NCBI GenBank assembly: GCA_034660175.1
Contig: JAYEIQ010000018.1
Span: forward strand, 1-63,312
Direction of reading: 5' to 3'
Length of the DNA: 63,312 bases
Origin: Patescibacteria group bacterium
Lineage (GTDB): Bacteria; Patescibacteriota; Minisyncoccia; Moranbacterales; DUUL01
Positions within the stretch are counted from its first letter, which is position 1. Each line of letters begins with the position of its first letter. This document shows positions 48,148 to 56,458 of the stretch, one piece after another. Under the pieces are notes generated by a model that saw nothing but the letters and a program-made list of their open reading frames with translations, searched no databases and was not told the DNA's origin. The position numbers and the translations under genes are program-made.

Positions 48148-48195
48148 GAACATGTTCAGACGTGTCAAAGCTTTTTAACAAGTCTGAACTTGTTC
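48148..48195. promoter_or_regulatory. 14-nt inverted repeat made of two GAAC-N2-GTTC palindromes just downstream of the promoter
   Basis: GAACATGTTCAGAC (48148-48161) pairs with GTCTGAACTTGTTC (48182-48195) with one mismatch. GAACATGTTC is itself a perfect palindrome. This is either an RNA 5' stem-loop or a pair of operator sites. Confidence 0.4.
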
Positions 48196-48376
48196 GTTGA
48201 CAGTAGTACTTTCAAATTAACGCACGATCCTCGTGCACAAACAAACGAAAGGAGGTTAATCTTTTTCGAAAGCAGCATTTTTTGCTGTCAAGGGCGGGGA
48301 TATGAGAGTTTGGGGCAAACTTGAGAGATATTTGGCAGTTAAACCAGAAACAAATTGAAATGAATTGGAGGTTATT

Positions 48377-49048
48377 ATGCGCAAAAAGATACTTTGGATT
48401 GCGATTTTGATGCTGGTGCTGGTTACTTTTGTTGCTGCACCGATGGCTATGGAAGTCGATGGAAATGGATGGGTTGATGGAATCAACACCTGGGAGCAAT
48501 GGCAAGACAGCAACTTTGCCGAGCACCTGGTGCCAGACAATGGTGGACATCTTGACGGAAACAGTCATATGAACATTGATATGTGGGGCGGAGCTGGAGC
48601 CGGTGTAGGTGACCCAGCTAGTTACACTAGTGAGCTGTTCAATGCCCACGGTACTGAAGTAGAACATGCCATCATGTATAAGCTGGACGGTGTCCAAAAA
48701 GGTTTTATGGACATAACAGCTGATCCAGGTGAAGAAAAGGGAATAAGCATTGGCGGTGAGAACAACTCCCATGCCGACCTTTCTTCTTCGTTCAAAACTT
48801 GGAAAAATGACGATGATGGTTGCTCGATTCCTGCAGACAAGGGTCATCTGACGGCTTCCGTTGGAAATGCCCCAATGGACATGAGCGGTTGGGTAACCGG
48901 AGTCGAAAAAGGTGATAAGGGCATTTATCAGGCCCAGTTATTGCAGAAAATCGGGCATGAGCGCGAAAATACGGTTGCCGGTGGCAAGACGTGGTCGGCA
49001 TCCACGTCCACACAGCTGGGAACGATTGAAATCAAATTGGAACCCTAA
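48377..49048 (+). CDS. Island gene A: secreted hypothetical protein
   Basis: GGAGG (48367-48371) lies 5 nt upstream of the ATG. The signal peptide is MRKKILWIAILMLVLVTFVAAPMAME. The body is Gly/Asp/Trp-rich. GC is elevated (32/60 at 48481-48540). No family recognised. Confidence 0.7.
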   Translation: MRKKILWIAILMLVLVTFVAAPMAMEVDGNGWVDGINTWEQWQDSNFAEHLVPDNGGHLDGNSHMNIDMWGGAGAGVGDPASYTSELFNAHGTEVEHAIMYKLDGVQKGFMDITADPGEEKGISIGGENNSHADLSSSFKTWKNDDDGCSIPADKGHLTASVGNAPMDMSGWVTGVEKGDKGIYQAQLLQKIGHERENTVAGGKTWSASTSTQLGTIEIKLEP

Positions 49049-49075
49049 ACGAAGTGGCCGGAACGGCCAAAAAAG

Positions 49076-49119
49076 GAACTCGGAGATTAAAGAAAAACGT
49101 CTCCGAGTTCTCATTTTTT
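49076..49119 (+). terminator. Strong intrinsic terminator after island gene A
   Basis: GAACTCGGAGA (49076-49086) pairs perfectly with TCTCCGAGTTC (49100-49110) over 11 bp. TCATTTTTT follows. A smaller GGCCG-gaa-CGGCC hairpin lies just upstream. Confidence 0.75.
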
Positions 49120-49365
49120 AGCAGAGCCAACACTTGACAAAACGCTAAAATGTTGCTAAGCTTCGATATTAAAAAGGATAACCAATATTGTGTCCGAATT
49201 GTGTTGGAGATGGATTTTTTAGTTAGAAATATGCATTTTGATGGCCGTTTGTTTGAAAAAACGAATTGCGGTCTGAAATTCATATTTTCAGTAGCTTGAA
49301 AAATTAAATATCTCAATTATCACAAACCAAATTCATAGCTGAAAAGGCGAAAGGAGCATTGGATC

Positions 49366-49875
49366 ATGAAAAGAATTAGTCGTAATGTTTGGTTAGTATT
49401 GGCAATTGTGTTGTTTGTTGCGATGATTTCTGGATGTGCAACGACGAATCAAGGCTTTGGATCACCACAAAATTTGATGGTGATGGATAAAGAGCCTGTA
49501 CTTGTCATGCAAGGAGAGTTCGATGGAATTAAAATTATCCATCGTGTTGCTGTCTATGAGGGAAAGAAGGTAAAGCTTCTTGACTGGACAAGTGAAAACG
49601 TTGTTGACGCTGATATTGAGCACATCTATTTTGAGGTGGGTCTCGAAGTCAATGACAAGATTATGCAAGTATTTGTGAAACGTATCATCAGTATCATCAA
49701 CGAAAAGGCAAGTGACTGGATTCCTTTGGAGCCACTAGAATTGAAGAACTCATTTCGAGTTAAACTTCCAAGCGACAAAGGTCAAAGGGAATTTTCCTTG
49801 AAACTTCGTTTTGTTCGAAGTGAAGGGGAAGATCAAATTTTGCCAACAAAAAAAATGAAGTGCAACTTTATCTAA
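49366..49875 (+). CDS. Island gene B: lipoprotein, hypothetical
   Basis: AAGGAG lies 9 nt upstream. The signal peptide has the lipobox ...VAMISGC. A possible promoter (TTGACA at 49134-49139, 17 nt, then TAAGCT) lies upstream. Confidence 0.7.
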   Translation: MKRISRNVWLVLAIVLFVAMISGCATTNQGFGSPQNLMVMDKEPVLVMQGEFDGIKIIHRVAVYEGKKVKLLDWTSENVVDADIEHIYFEVGLEVNDKIMQVFVKRIISIINEKASDWIPLEPLELKNSFRVKLPSDKGQREFSLKLRFVRSEGEDQILPTKKMKCNFI

Positions 49876-49888
49876 GGAGGAAACGATT

Positions 49889-51073
49889 ATGAGAAAAGAA
49901 ATGGTTTTTATTTTGGCAAGCGTGTTTGTTTTTGCGACGAGCGACTTCGCTTTTGCGCAATCAACAAACGTTAGTGGTGAAAACGATCAAACCCAGGGTC
50001 AGGAGCAGCAATTCATATATGCTCCTGTGTCTAAGGACAATACCAGTGTGTGTGGATTTGTTAATCCTGCCGGTGGACATCCGCGGACGGGTTTGCTCTA
50101 TATCCCATCAGACCAAGATGGTCGGCAGATCAATAATTTGGGATCAAGTACTATTGCAGACATTTTCCAGATGTATACTTCGGATGGATATGATGTCTTT
50201 GTGCAGATGTGTGATGAGATCAATGGGAAAGGATATTTCAAGCGAGTGTCCAAAAATATTCGTCGCATACCAGCTATTGTCAAAAAAGGTGGCAATGATG
50301 TTAATGAGGTATATCTTATAGATGACTTCAACGCAGCAAAAATTCGCATGCGGAAAGGAATTGAGATCTATGGCACTATTGCCTATGATCCCAAACTCGA
50401 CAAGAAGTATGCAGTTAACCGTGAACAAGTCTATGTTTTTGCCGGGCAGGATGCACGTTCGCTTGTGAATGCCAACGTGATGATTCCTTTACTTGACGCT
50501 TATCGCAATCAATTTCGTGCGGGAAGCTTCGGAGCTGATCTTCTTGGTGTGATTTCCAAATTGGTCACCGTTGGCAATCCTTATGGATTTGGTTTCGGTG
50601 GAGGTGCAGATGTCACAGCTGGCAGACAAACAATGTATGGTGAGAGCGGTACAACAATTGCTTTTCTGTATGTTGAACCGCAACTGCTGGCTTCTCTTAT
50701 GCAAGATCCTTCAGAGGTAATTGCACGGCGATTGGTTGAGCGGGAGCAGGATTTGGCTGAGTGTACCACGATTGGTGCCAACAATGCCAAATTGCATACT
50801 GAGCAAGCCGATGACAATGTTGAACTCTTTCGCATGTCGAAAGAGGATGACAGGCGCAGATTGAGCTATCTGAACAATGCACGATTTCATTACAGACGAG
50901 CTTTAAAAAATGGGCTTGGGGATTTGGAAGAAGTGCGTGTTTGGAAGATGCTCTCGAGTGTCTATACCGAACTGTGGTTGGCATCAGGCAAAGAGAGGGC
51001 TTGCAAAGATCATGCGACTAATGCTGAGAAGTTTGCAAAAAAAGCCGGGTTAATTGAAGCCCATAGACTATAG
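49889..51073 (+). CDS. Island gene C: secreted hypothetical protein (394 aa)
   Basis: GGAGG lies 8 nt upstream. The signal peptide is MRKEMVFILASVFVFATSDFAFAQ. There is a Gly-rich segment NPYGFGFGGGADVTAG and a helical Arg-rich C-terminal region. No family recognised. Confidence 0.75.
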   Translation: MRKEMVFILASVFVFATSDFAFAQSTNVSGENDQTQGQEQQFIYAPVSKDNTSVCGFVNPAGGHPRTGLLYIPSDQDGRQINNLGSSTIADIFQMYTSDGYDVFVQMCDEINGKGYFKRVSKNIRRIPAIVKKGGNDVNEVYLIDDFNAAKIRMRKGIEIYGTIAYDPKLDKKYAVNREQVYVFAGQDARSLVNANVMIPLLDAYRNQFRAGSFGADLLGVISKLVTVGNPYGFGFGGGADVTAGRQTMYGESGTTIAFLYVEPQLLASLMQDPSEVIARRLVEREQDLAECTTIGANNAKLHTEQADDNVELFRMSKEDDRRRLSYLNNARFHYRRALKNGLGDLEEVRVWKMLSSVYTELWLASGKERACKDHATNAEKFAKKAGLIEAHRL

Positions 51074-51085
51074 GAGGAAATGATC

Positions 51086-52210
51086 ATGAAGAAGCAAGCA
51101 GTGTTAGCATTCGTCATATTGGCGATGGTTTGTTGTTACTCCTTTGCATATGCTGCGAATGGAGTGGATTGGTTGTATATTCAAAAACGATCGGGTCTAT
51201 CTGCTGAGGAAATAGCCGAGCAGGCCAAAGAAGCTGCTTTGAAGCAAAAGAGGAGCTTCTCATTCGACGAGCTTCAAAGGAAAGAAGAAATCCCGGGAAG
51301 AGGAGAAGCAATTTCATTTGCGAAACTTCGAGATCAGGATGAGCAAAATGTCAAACTTGTGCCTGCACGTGTGTTTGAGCTTGAGGTTACCATCTGGAAG
51401 AAAGTTGCAGATTATTGCGATGTCCCTACTGGAATGAGTCTCAAAGATCTGATCGGTGCCGTATTGAAAGATAATGGTCTCGACTGGAACGATGCAAAAG
51501 CTCTGCATTCCGGGTATGAATTTTTCATTCGATACGAGTGGCTCTCTGAAGAGCACCGCGAATCCTCCATTTCAAACAGGATCGCGGAGCTTGAAGCGAG
51601 AAATGCTCAACTCCAGGCAGCAAACTTGGAACTTGGGCAACTAGAACGCACAAGGGTGGACAAGGCAAATGTACTGGTAAATGGTCTGAAAATTAAGCTG
51701 GCCGAACTAGCAGAAGCGAAAGAAGCCTTACTGACCAGACTTTCTTTGCTGGAAAAGCAGATTGTTTCTACTGCAAAGGTTGTCAAGGCAGGAATTGGAT
51801 TTAACTCAGAGGAGACTATTGAAAACATCTCTGCAGTGTTAAGAACCAAAAACGTTTTGTCCTGGGTATTGACCGGCATGGCTGTTGCGATTTTCTTCCT
51901 TTTCATTTGGGTCTTTAAATTACACGGTGATTTGAAAAGGGAAAGATCCTTTAATACTGAATCGGTGTTAGTGAACTCAGAGGAAATAACTGAGGATGAA
52001 GACGTGGTTTCCATGAATGTTGTTGCGGACACCCATTTAGTTGATGACAAGCATGATTCAGATGACCGAGGAGCGTTGGGATTGAAAAAAGATGCCGAAT
52101 TGGTCGACGATGAAATTGAACAGCTGATTTTGAGTGAAAAAAAGGAAGCAAATTCCTCTGACACTAACGATGGCGATGACATCAGGAAACTTCGTGACAT
52201 GAACAATTAA
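51086..52210 (+). CDS. Island gene D: bitopic membrane protein with an exported N-terminal domain, coiled coil, one TM and an acidic cytoplasmic tail
   Basis: GGAGG (51073-51077) lies 8 nt upstream of the ATG at 51086. The signal peptide is MKKQAVLAFVILAMVCCYSFAYA. The segment VTIWKKVADYCDVPTGMSLKDLIGAVLKDNGL...GYEFFI is weakly LysM-like. The coiled coil reads IAELEARNAQLQAANLELGQLE.... The TM is VLSWVLTGMAVAIFFLFIWVF. The tail is Asp/Glu-rich. Confidence 0.75.
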   Translation: MKKQAVLAFVILAMVCCYSFAYAANGVDWLYIQKRSGLSAEEIAEQAKEAALKQKRSFSFDELQRKEEIPGRGEAISFAKLRDQDEQNVKLVPARVFELEVTIWKKVADYCDVPTGMSLKDLIGAVLKDNGLDWNDAKALHSGYEFFIRYEWLSEEHRESSISNRIAELEARNAQLQAANLELGQLERTRVDKANVLVNGLKIKLAELAEAKEALLTRLSLLEKQIVSTAKVVKAGIGFNSEETIENISAVLRTKNVLSWVLTGMAVAIFFLFIWVFKLHGDLKRERSFNTESVLVNSEEITEDEDVVSMNVVADTHLVDDKHDSDDRGALGLKKDAELVDDEIEQLILSEKKEANSSDTNDGDDIRKLRDMNN

Positions 52211-52220
52211 ATAGCAAACA

Positions 52221-52673
52221 ATGGTCATAACACTGAAAAAAGGGGTTGATAGAGAAATCATGAAATCAAATCCCAAGGTGTTACCGATCGGAACGTGTTT
52301 CAAGTCAATCGAGAAACAAGTCGCAGTATTAACGGCAGTAATAAAAACATTTCTTGTTATTTGCTTGAGCAACAATCAAGTTTTGTCTGAGATGAACAAT
52401 TATGGTTCGTACGGAAAATTGATTGCCTATAATGCGCAATATCCAGCGCTAGGAACCTACTATGGGATTTGCAGGGTAATGATAATGAAAGAAAAAGTTT
52501 ATGATAATTTTCACGAGTCAACTGGCTCGAAAAAGGGCGTAGTCGAACAATTAACAATTGTTACAAACGACACGCCCTTTTATGATGGAAGAATGTCTGT
52601 TCACACACAAACAAGGTTCAAAAAACACCTTCATATATGCATATATGAAGGCGCTAAACTTATTGGGTTGTGA
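52221..52673 (+). CDS. Island gene E: doubtful hypothetical ORF
   Basis: 150-aa ORF with no SD. Its GC is lower than in genes A-D. Its 3' end contains the terminator hairpin of the convergent gene. Alternative starts are at 52260 and later. It may not be coding. Confidence 0.3.
   Translation: MVITLKKGVDREIMKSNPKVLPIGTCFKSIEKQVAVLTAVIKTFLVICLSNNQVLSEMNNYGSYGKLIAYNAQYPALGTYYGICRVMIMKEKVYDNFHESTGSKKGVVEQLTIVTNDTPFYDGRMSVHTQTRFKKHLHICIYEGAKLIGL
52619..52650 (-). terminator. 24-nt perfect palindrome acting as the likely intrinsic terminator of the convergent O-antigen-ligase-like gene
   Basis: CCTTCATATATGCATATATGAAGG (52627-52650). On the minus strand it is followed by TGTTTTTG. It lies about 30 nt beyond the minus-strand stop at 52681. 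Confidence 0.55.
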
Positions 52674-52680
52674 TTGTTTG

Positions 52681-54042
52681 TTAGGAGATAGGTTGTTGAT
52701 CGTTCTTTCTTTGTGTGGTAGCAATAAGTGCACCAGCCATGGACCAGAAGGCCCATTGAAGAGCTGTTGCGTCTAAAATGTTATCAATAGCGCTCGCAGT
52801 AAGGATTGTTGCAGTGAAGGACGTAAAAATAAGCAATAGCAGGTATTTCTCTGGATTGGAAGATGCTTCTTGCTTGAGTCTTTTAAGCCACAATAAAAGC
52901 AAGGAAGTTATTAGAACGATGAATGATGCAAGACCAACGATGCCAGTATCGATAGCTAATTTCAAATAGTCATTGTGAGGAATTGTAGATCCAAACTGGA
53001 AACCTCTTTTTTGAAGGATAACCTCTTCTGAAGTCCCAATTCCGAAACCATAAAAAGGACGCTCTGAAATGTAATCTAGTGAATCTTTCCACAATTCCAA
53101 GCGCCATTTGATCGAGCTGGATGGTCCTTGAACAACAAGTGAGTTGATGCGGGAATGAATAGGCGCAATTGCTATATATGCAAAAAGAAATAAAAACAAA
53201 GAAAGGACCAGAAATTTTCGATATTTAACAATTCCAATAAGCATGATAACGCCCAACAAAACCAACCAAGCGCCTCTAGTGTATGTCAAAACTAGCAGGG
53301 AAAGTGCTACAAAAAAGAAAAGTGTCGCCAAAAGCTTTTGCCGATTTTTGTTTTTCAGGATGAAAAACAATGAAAGAGAGAGTACAAGAGTCAGAAAATA
53401 TGCAAATGGGTTTGGGTGAGCAAAAGTTCCGAAGATCCTGTTTGGAACATCTTCAAAATTGAGAGTGAATCCATTTTTTGTAAAAAATTGATAAGTTGCA
53501 AAAATTGCAGGTATGAACGCTGAGAAAATTATGGCTTTTGCGAGATTAATTGTTTCTTGAAAGGTATTAGTTGCCAAGAAACCAAGAATGAGAAGCGAAA
53601 AAACTGTTCCGAGTCTGATCCACTCAGAAATACTTATAGAAAAGCTGAACGACCAAGCAATGGAAAGAAAACTGACAACCAGAAAAAGTGACCACTGCCA
53701 CCAAAGAGGCAAACTTCTTATTTTTTTCTTGTTTTTGATAATTGCCGTAATTCCAAAAAGTATTGTCATTATTCCAAGAATCGCGGCTAAATTTAAGGAG
53801 AAAGGCCCAACTGAAATGATTTCGAGATTGCTTGATATATCCAAAACAGGCCTTGCAATCAAAAGCAGGATTAAACCATAAAAAACATCCAAAAACATTA
53901 TCAAAGAAACAAAGAAAATTACTAACAACCAAAACAGTAAAAGAGGGTCGATCTTCAAAAAAGGAAATGTAAAAACAAGCACAAAAAGAGAGATAAGAGT
54001 GGTAACTGCCATCTGCTTTTGCTGTATATTATCTGTTGACAT
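52681..54042 (-). CDS. O-antigen ligase/polymerase family (Wzy_C-type) membrane protein
   Basis: 453 aa with about 12 TM segments. The central pattern is ...LTYTRGAWLVLLGVIMLIG..., with an extracytoplasmic loop reading GFGIGTSE...HNDYL. Confidence 0.75.
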   Translation of the reverse strand: MSTDNIQQKQMAVTTLISLFVLVFTFPFLKIDPLLLFWLLVIFFVSLIMFLDVFYGLILLLIARPVLDISSNLEIISVGPFSLNLAAILGIMTILFGITAIIKNKKKIRSLPLWWQWSLFLVVSFLSIAWSFSFSISISEWIRLGTVFSLLILGFLATNTFQETINLAKAIIFSAFIPAIFATYQFFTKNGFTLNFEDVPNRIFGTFAHPNPFAYFLTLVLSLSLFFILKNKNRQKLLATLFFFVALSLLVLTYTRGAWLVLLGVIMLIGIVKYRKFLVLSLFLFLFAYIAIAPIHSRINSLVVQGPSSSIKWRLELWKDSLDYISERPFYGFGIGTSEEVILQKRGFQFGSTIPHNDYLKLAIDTGIVGLASFIVLITSLLLLWLKRLKQEASSNPEKYLLLLIFTSFTATILTASAIDNILDATALQWAFWSMAGALIATTQRKNDQQPIS

Positions 54043-54155
54043 CTTATTTAAGAGGTGTTATAGTTGACGACTAAAAAATATTTCTAACTGATTTAACTGA
54101 TTGCAAAAAAGCACAAAAATACGCTGTATTAGACTTATAAAACTATCACAAAAAC

Positions 54156-55121
54156 ATGAATAAATCAAGACTAAAAGAAGCTGTTATTGCCGTTACGTAT
54201 AGATGCAATTCGAGATGCAGAATGTGTGACATTTGGAAAATATCTGACCATGAAGGTGAGCTGACTGTTGAAGATTATGAGAAAATTCCAGAAAATCTCA
54301 CTGACATCAACATTTCAGGTGGAGAGCCTTTTCTGAGAAAAGAATTATCACAGATAATTGAAGTTATATCCAGAAGGTGCTCAAAAGCAAATATCACAAT
54401 CTCAACAAACGCGTTTGCAACTGAGTTGACGACTAAAAAAATGGAAGAAATATTGAGAATTGTGCCGAATGTTGGTGTTGTGATCTCAATTGATGGGGTT
54501 GGAAAAGAACATAGTGTAATTCGTGGAATTGATAAAGGTTTTGAAAAGGCGATGGATACGCTTAATAATTTGCGTGAGATTGGCGTGAAAAGTCTCAAGT
54601 TTGGTTTCACTATTGGAGACTATAACTTTAATGAGCTCAAAAAAGTTTATAATCTCGCAAAAGAGAAAAACGTTGAACTTTCTTTTACTCTCGTGCATTC
54701 AAGTGACAATTATTTTGGGAAGGAAAATAAAATCTCAAAAAAAGATGAGATGGTTGGGGCAATAGATTGGTTGATCGAAAAGGAGCTTTCTTTTTGGAAA
54801 CCTATGAAGTGGGGACGAGCATTCTATGCTCATGGGATGAAACAATTTTTGCTGACAGGGGTAAGGATTTTGCCTGACTATTCTGGTCAGTTGGGAGTTT
54901 TCATAAATCCACAAGGTGAAATTTTTCCTTGTGATGTTTCAAGCAAAAAAATGGGAACTCTCCAAGAAATAGACAAGGTGGAGTTTAATTCACATACAGG
55001 TGAGTGCGAAAAAAGCTGGATGATGTGTACTGCTCGTCAATCAATCAAAAAACACATCGTGAGGGTTTTGTTTTGGGTTTTTATTAACAAAATCAAGTTG
55101 CATCTAAAAAAGCTTTTCTAA
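54156..55121 (+). CDS. Radical SAM protein with a Cys-rich C-terminal (SPASM/twitch-like) region
   Basis: CxxxCxxC occurs in VTYRCNSRCRMCDIW. GGEPFL is present. C-terminal cysteines are FPCDV...GECEKSWMMCTA. Confidence 0.8.
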   Translation: MNKSRLKEAVIAVTYRCNSRCRMCDIWKISDHEGELTVEDYEKIPENLTDINISGGEPFLRKELSQIIEVISRRCSKANITISTNAFATELTTKKMEEILRIVPNVGVVISIDGVGKEHSVIRGIDKGFEKAMDTLNNLREIGVKSLKFGFTIGDYNFNELKKVYNLAKEKNVELSFTLVHSSDNYFGKENKISKKDEMVGAIDWLIEKELSFWKPMKWGRAFYAHGMKQFLLTGVRILPDYSGQLGVFINPQGEIFPCDVSSKKMGTLQEIDKVEFNSHTGECEKSWMMCTARQSIKKHIVRVLFWVFINKIKLHLKKLF

Positions 55122-55161
55122 TATATGCTTTTTATAGGTGAAAGATTCACTCATTTACTTC

Positions 55162-56442
55162 ATGAAAATACTCTTAATCAACAATTTTCACTATCATCGA
55201 GGCGGAACTGAACGTGCCTATTTTGATGTTGCAAAAATACTCGAAGAAAATGGTCATGAGGTGGCATTTTTCTCAAGCAATCATTTCAAGACCATTCCCT
55301 CCAGGTGGGAGAAATATTTTGTGAAATATCATGAGCTTGGAGAGGGCGCGCGACATGGGTTTTTTGGAAAAATAAGAATAGTTTTACGCATTTGGTATAA
55401 TTTTGAGGCTAGGCGAAAATTGCGAGAGTTACTGAAAGAATTTAATCCTGATGTGGCTCATCTTCATAACGTATTCCATCATTTGAGTTTTTCGGTCATC
55501 AACGAGCTTAAAAGTCAAAATATTCCAACTGTTATGACATTGCACGATTTTCAATTTGTTTGTCCCAACAACATTCTTTTTTCCAACGGAAAAATTTGGG
55601 AAGACAGTAAAAATGGAAAGCTCTACAGGTGTGTTAGTGAAAAATGTGTTCACAATTCATATTTAAAGAGCCTTGTCTGTGTGATCGAGAACTGTCTTCA
55701 TAGAGCATTGAAAACAATTGATAAAGTTGACGTTCTGACTGCACCAAGTAATTTTCTCTCTGAAAAAGCTAAGGAGTTTGGTTTCGAGGGAGAGATCATC
55801 AAGTTGCCAAACCCTGTCTTTATTGAAGATGACTCGAAGATCGGTGATAGTTTATTTGGGGATGAGATCAGTGAGGAGTATATTTTATACTTGGGCAGAT
55901 TAAGTGAGGAAAAAGGAGTGGACGTATTAATTCAAGCTTTTTCCAAATTAAAAACAAAGCAGAGACTTGTTGTGATGGGTGATGGACCACTGAAAAAGAA
56001 TCTTATGGATTTAGTAAAAAAGCTGAAAATAGCAGGAAGGGTTGACTTCTTGGGTTATGATAAAAGCAAGCACACAGAACTTCAAAAACACGCAGAAGTT
56101 ATTGTTAGTCCGTCTATGTGTTATGAGAATGCTCCTTATGGGGTTTTGGATGCAATGAGTTTGAAAAAGCCGGTTATTTGTGCTAATTTGGGTGGTTCCA
56201 AAGAAATTATTGAAGATGGAAGAAATGGAATGTTGTTTGAGGCTGGGAATCGTGATCAATTGGCAAGAAAAATTGAATTCGCACTCGACAACAAGGAAGA
56301 AATGGAAAGGATGGCTCAAAGAGGATATCTGGACGTAATAAGAAACAATAGCAGTGAGGTTTTTTTAAACAGAGTGATGGCTATTTATCAACAAGCAATA
56401 TCAAAGAAAAAAAGTTCAAAGAATGGCAAAAAGGAGAGTTAA
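55162..56442 (+). CDS. Family 4 glycosyltransferase
   Basis: MKILLINNFHYHRGGTER, and a C-terminal EX7E-type region (PSMCYENAPYGVLDAMSLKKPVICANLGGSKEII). Confidence 0.85.
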   Translation: MKILLINNFHYHRGGTERAYFDVAKILEENGHEVAFFSSNHFKTIPSRWEKYFVKYHELGEGARHGFFGKIRIVLRIWYNFEARRKLRELLKEFNPDVAHLHNVFHHLSFSVINELKSQNIPTVMTLHDFQFVCPNNILFSNGKIWEDSKNGKLYRCVSEKCVHNSYLKSLVCVIENCLHRALKTIDKVDVLTAPSNFLSEKAKEFGFEGEIIKLPNPVFIEDDSKIGDSLFGDEISEEYILYLGRLSEEKGVDVLIQAFSKLKTKQRLVVMGDGPLKKNLMDLVKKLKIAGRVDFLGYDKSKHTELQKHAEVIVSPSMCYENAPYGVLDAMSLKKPVICANLGGSKEIIEDGRNGMLFEAGNRDQLARKIEFALDNKEEMERMAQRGYLDVIRNNSSEVFLNRVMAIYQQAISKKKSSKNGKKES

Positions 56443-56458
56443 AAATAAAGACAAGAAG

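Noticed and set aside
24087-52206. Long antisense ORFs inside conserved genes: 24087-24614(-), 35524-36102(-), 40031-40570(-), 46354-46884(-), 48212-48847(-) and 51607-52206(-)
   Set aside because: Each overlaps a gene with clear motifs or signals on the opposite strand. Each also has the Ser/Leu/Phe/Cys-rich composition typical of shadow frames in AT-rich DNA, and none has an SD.
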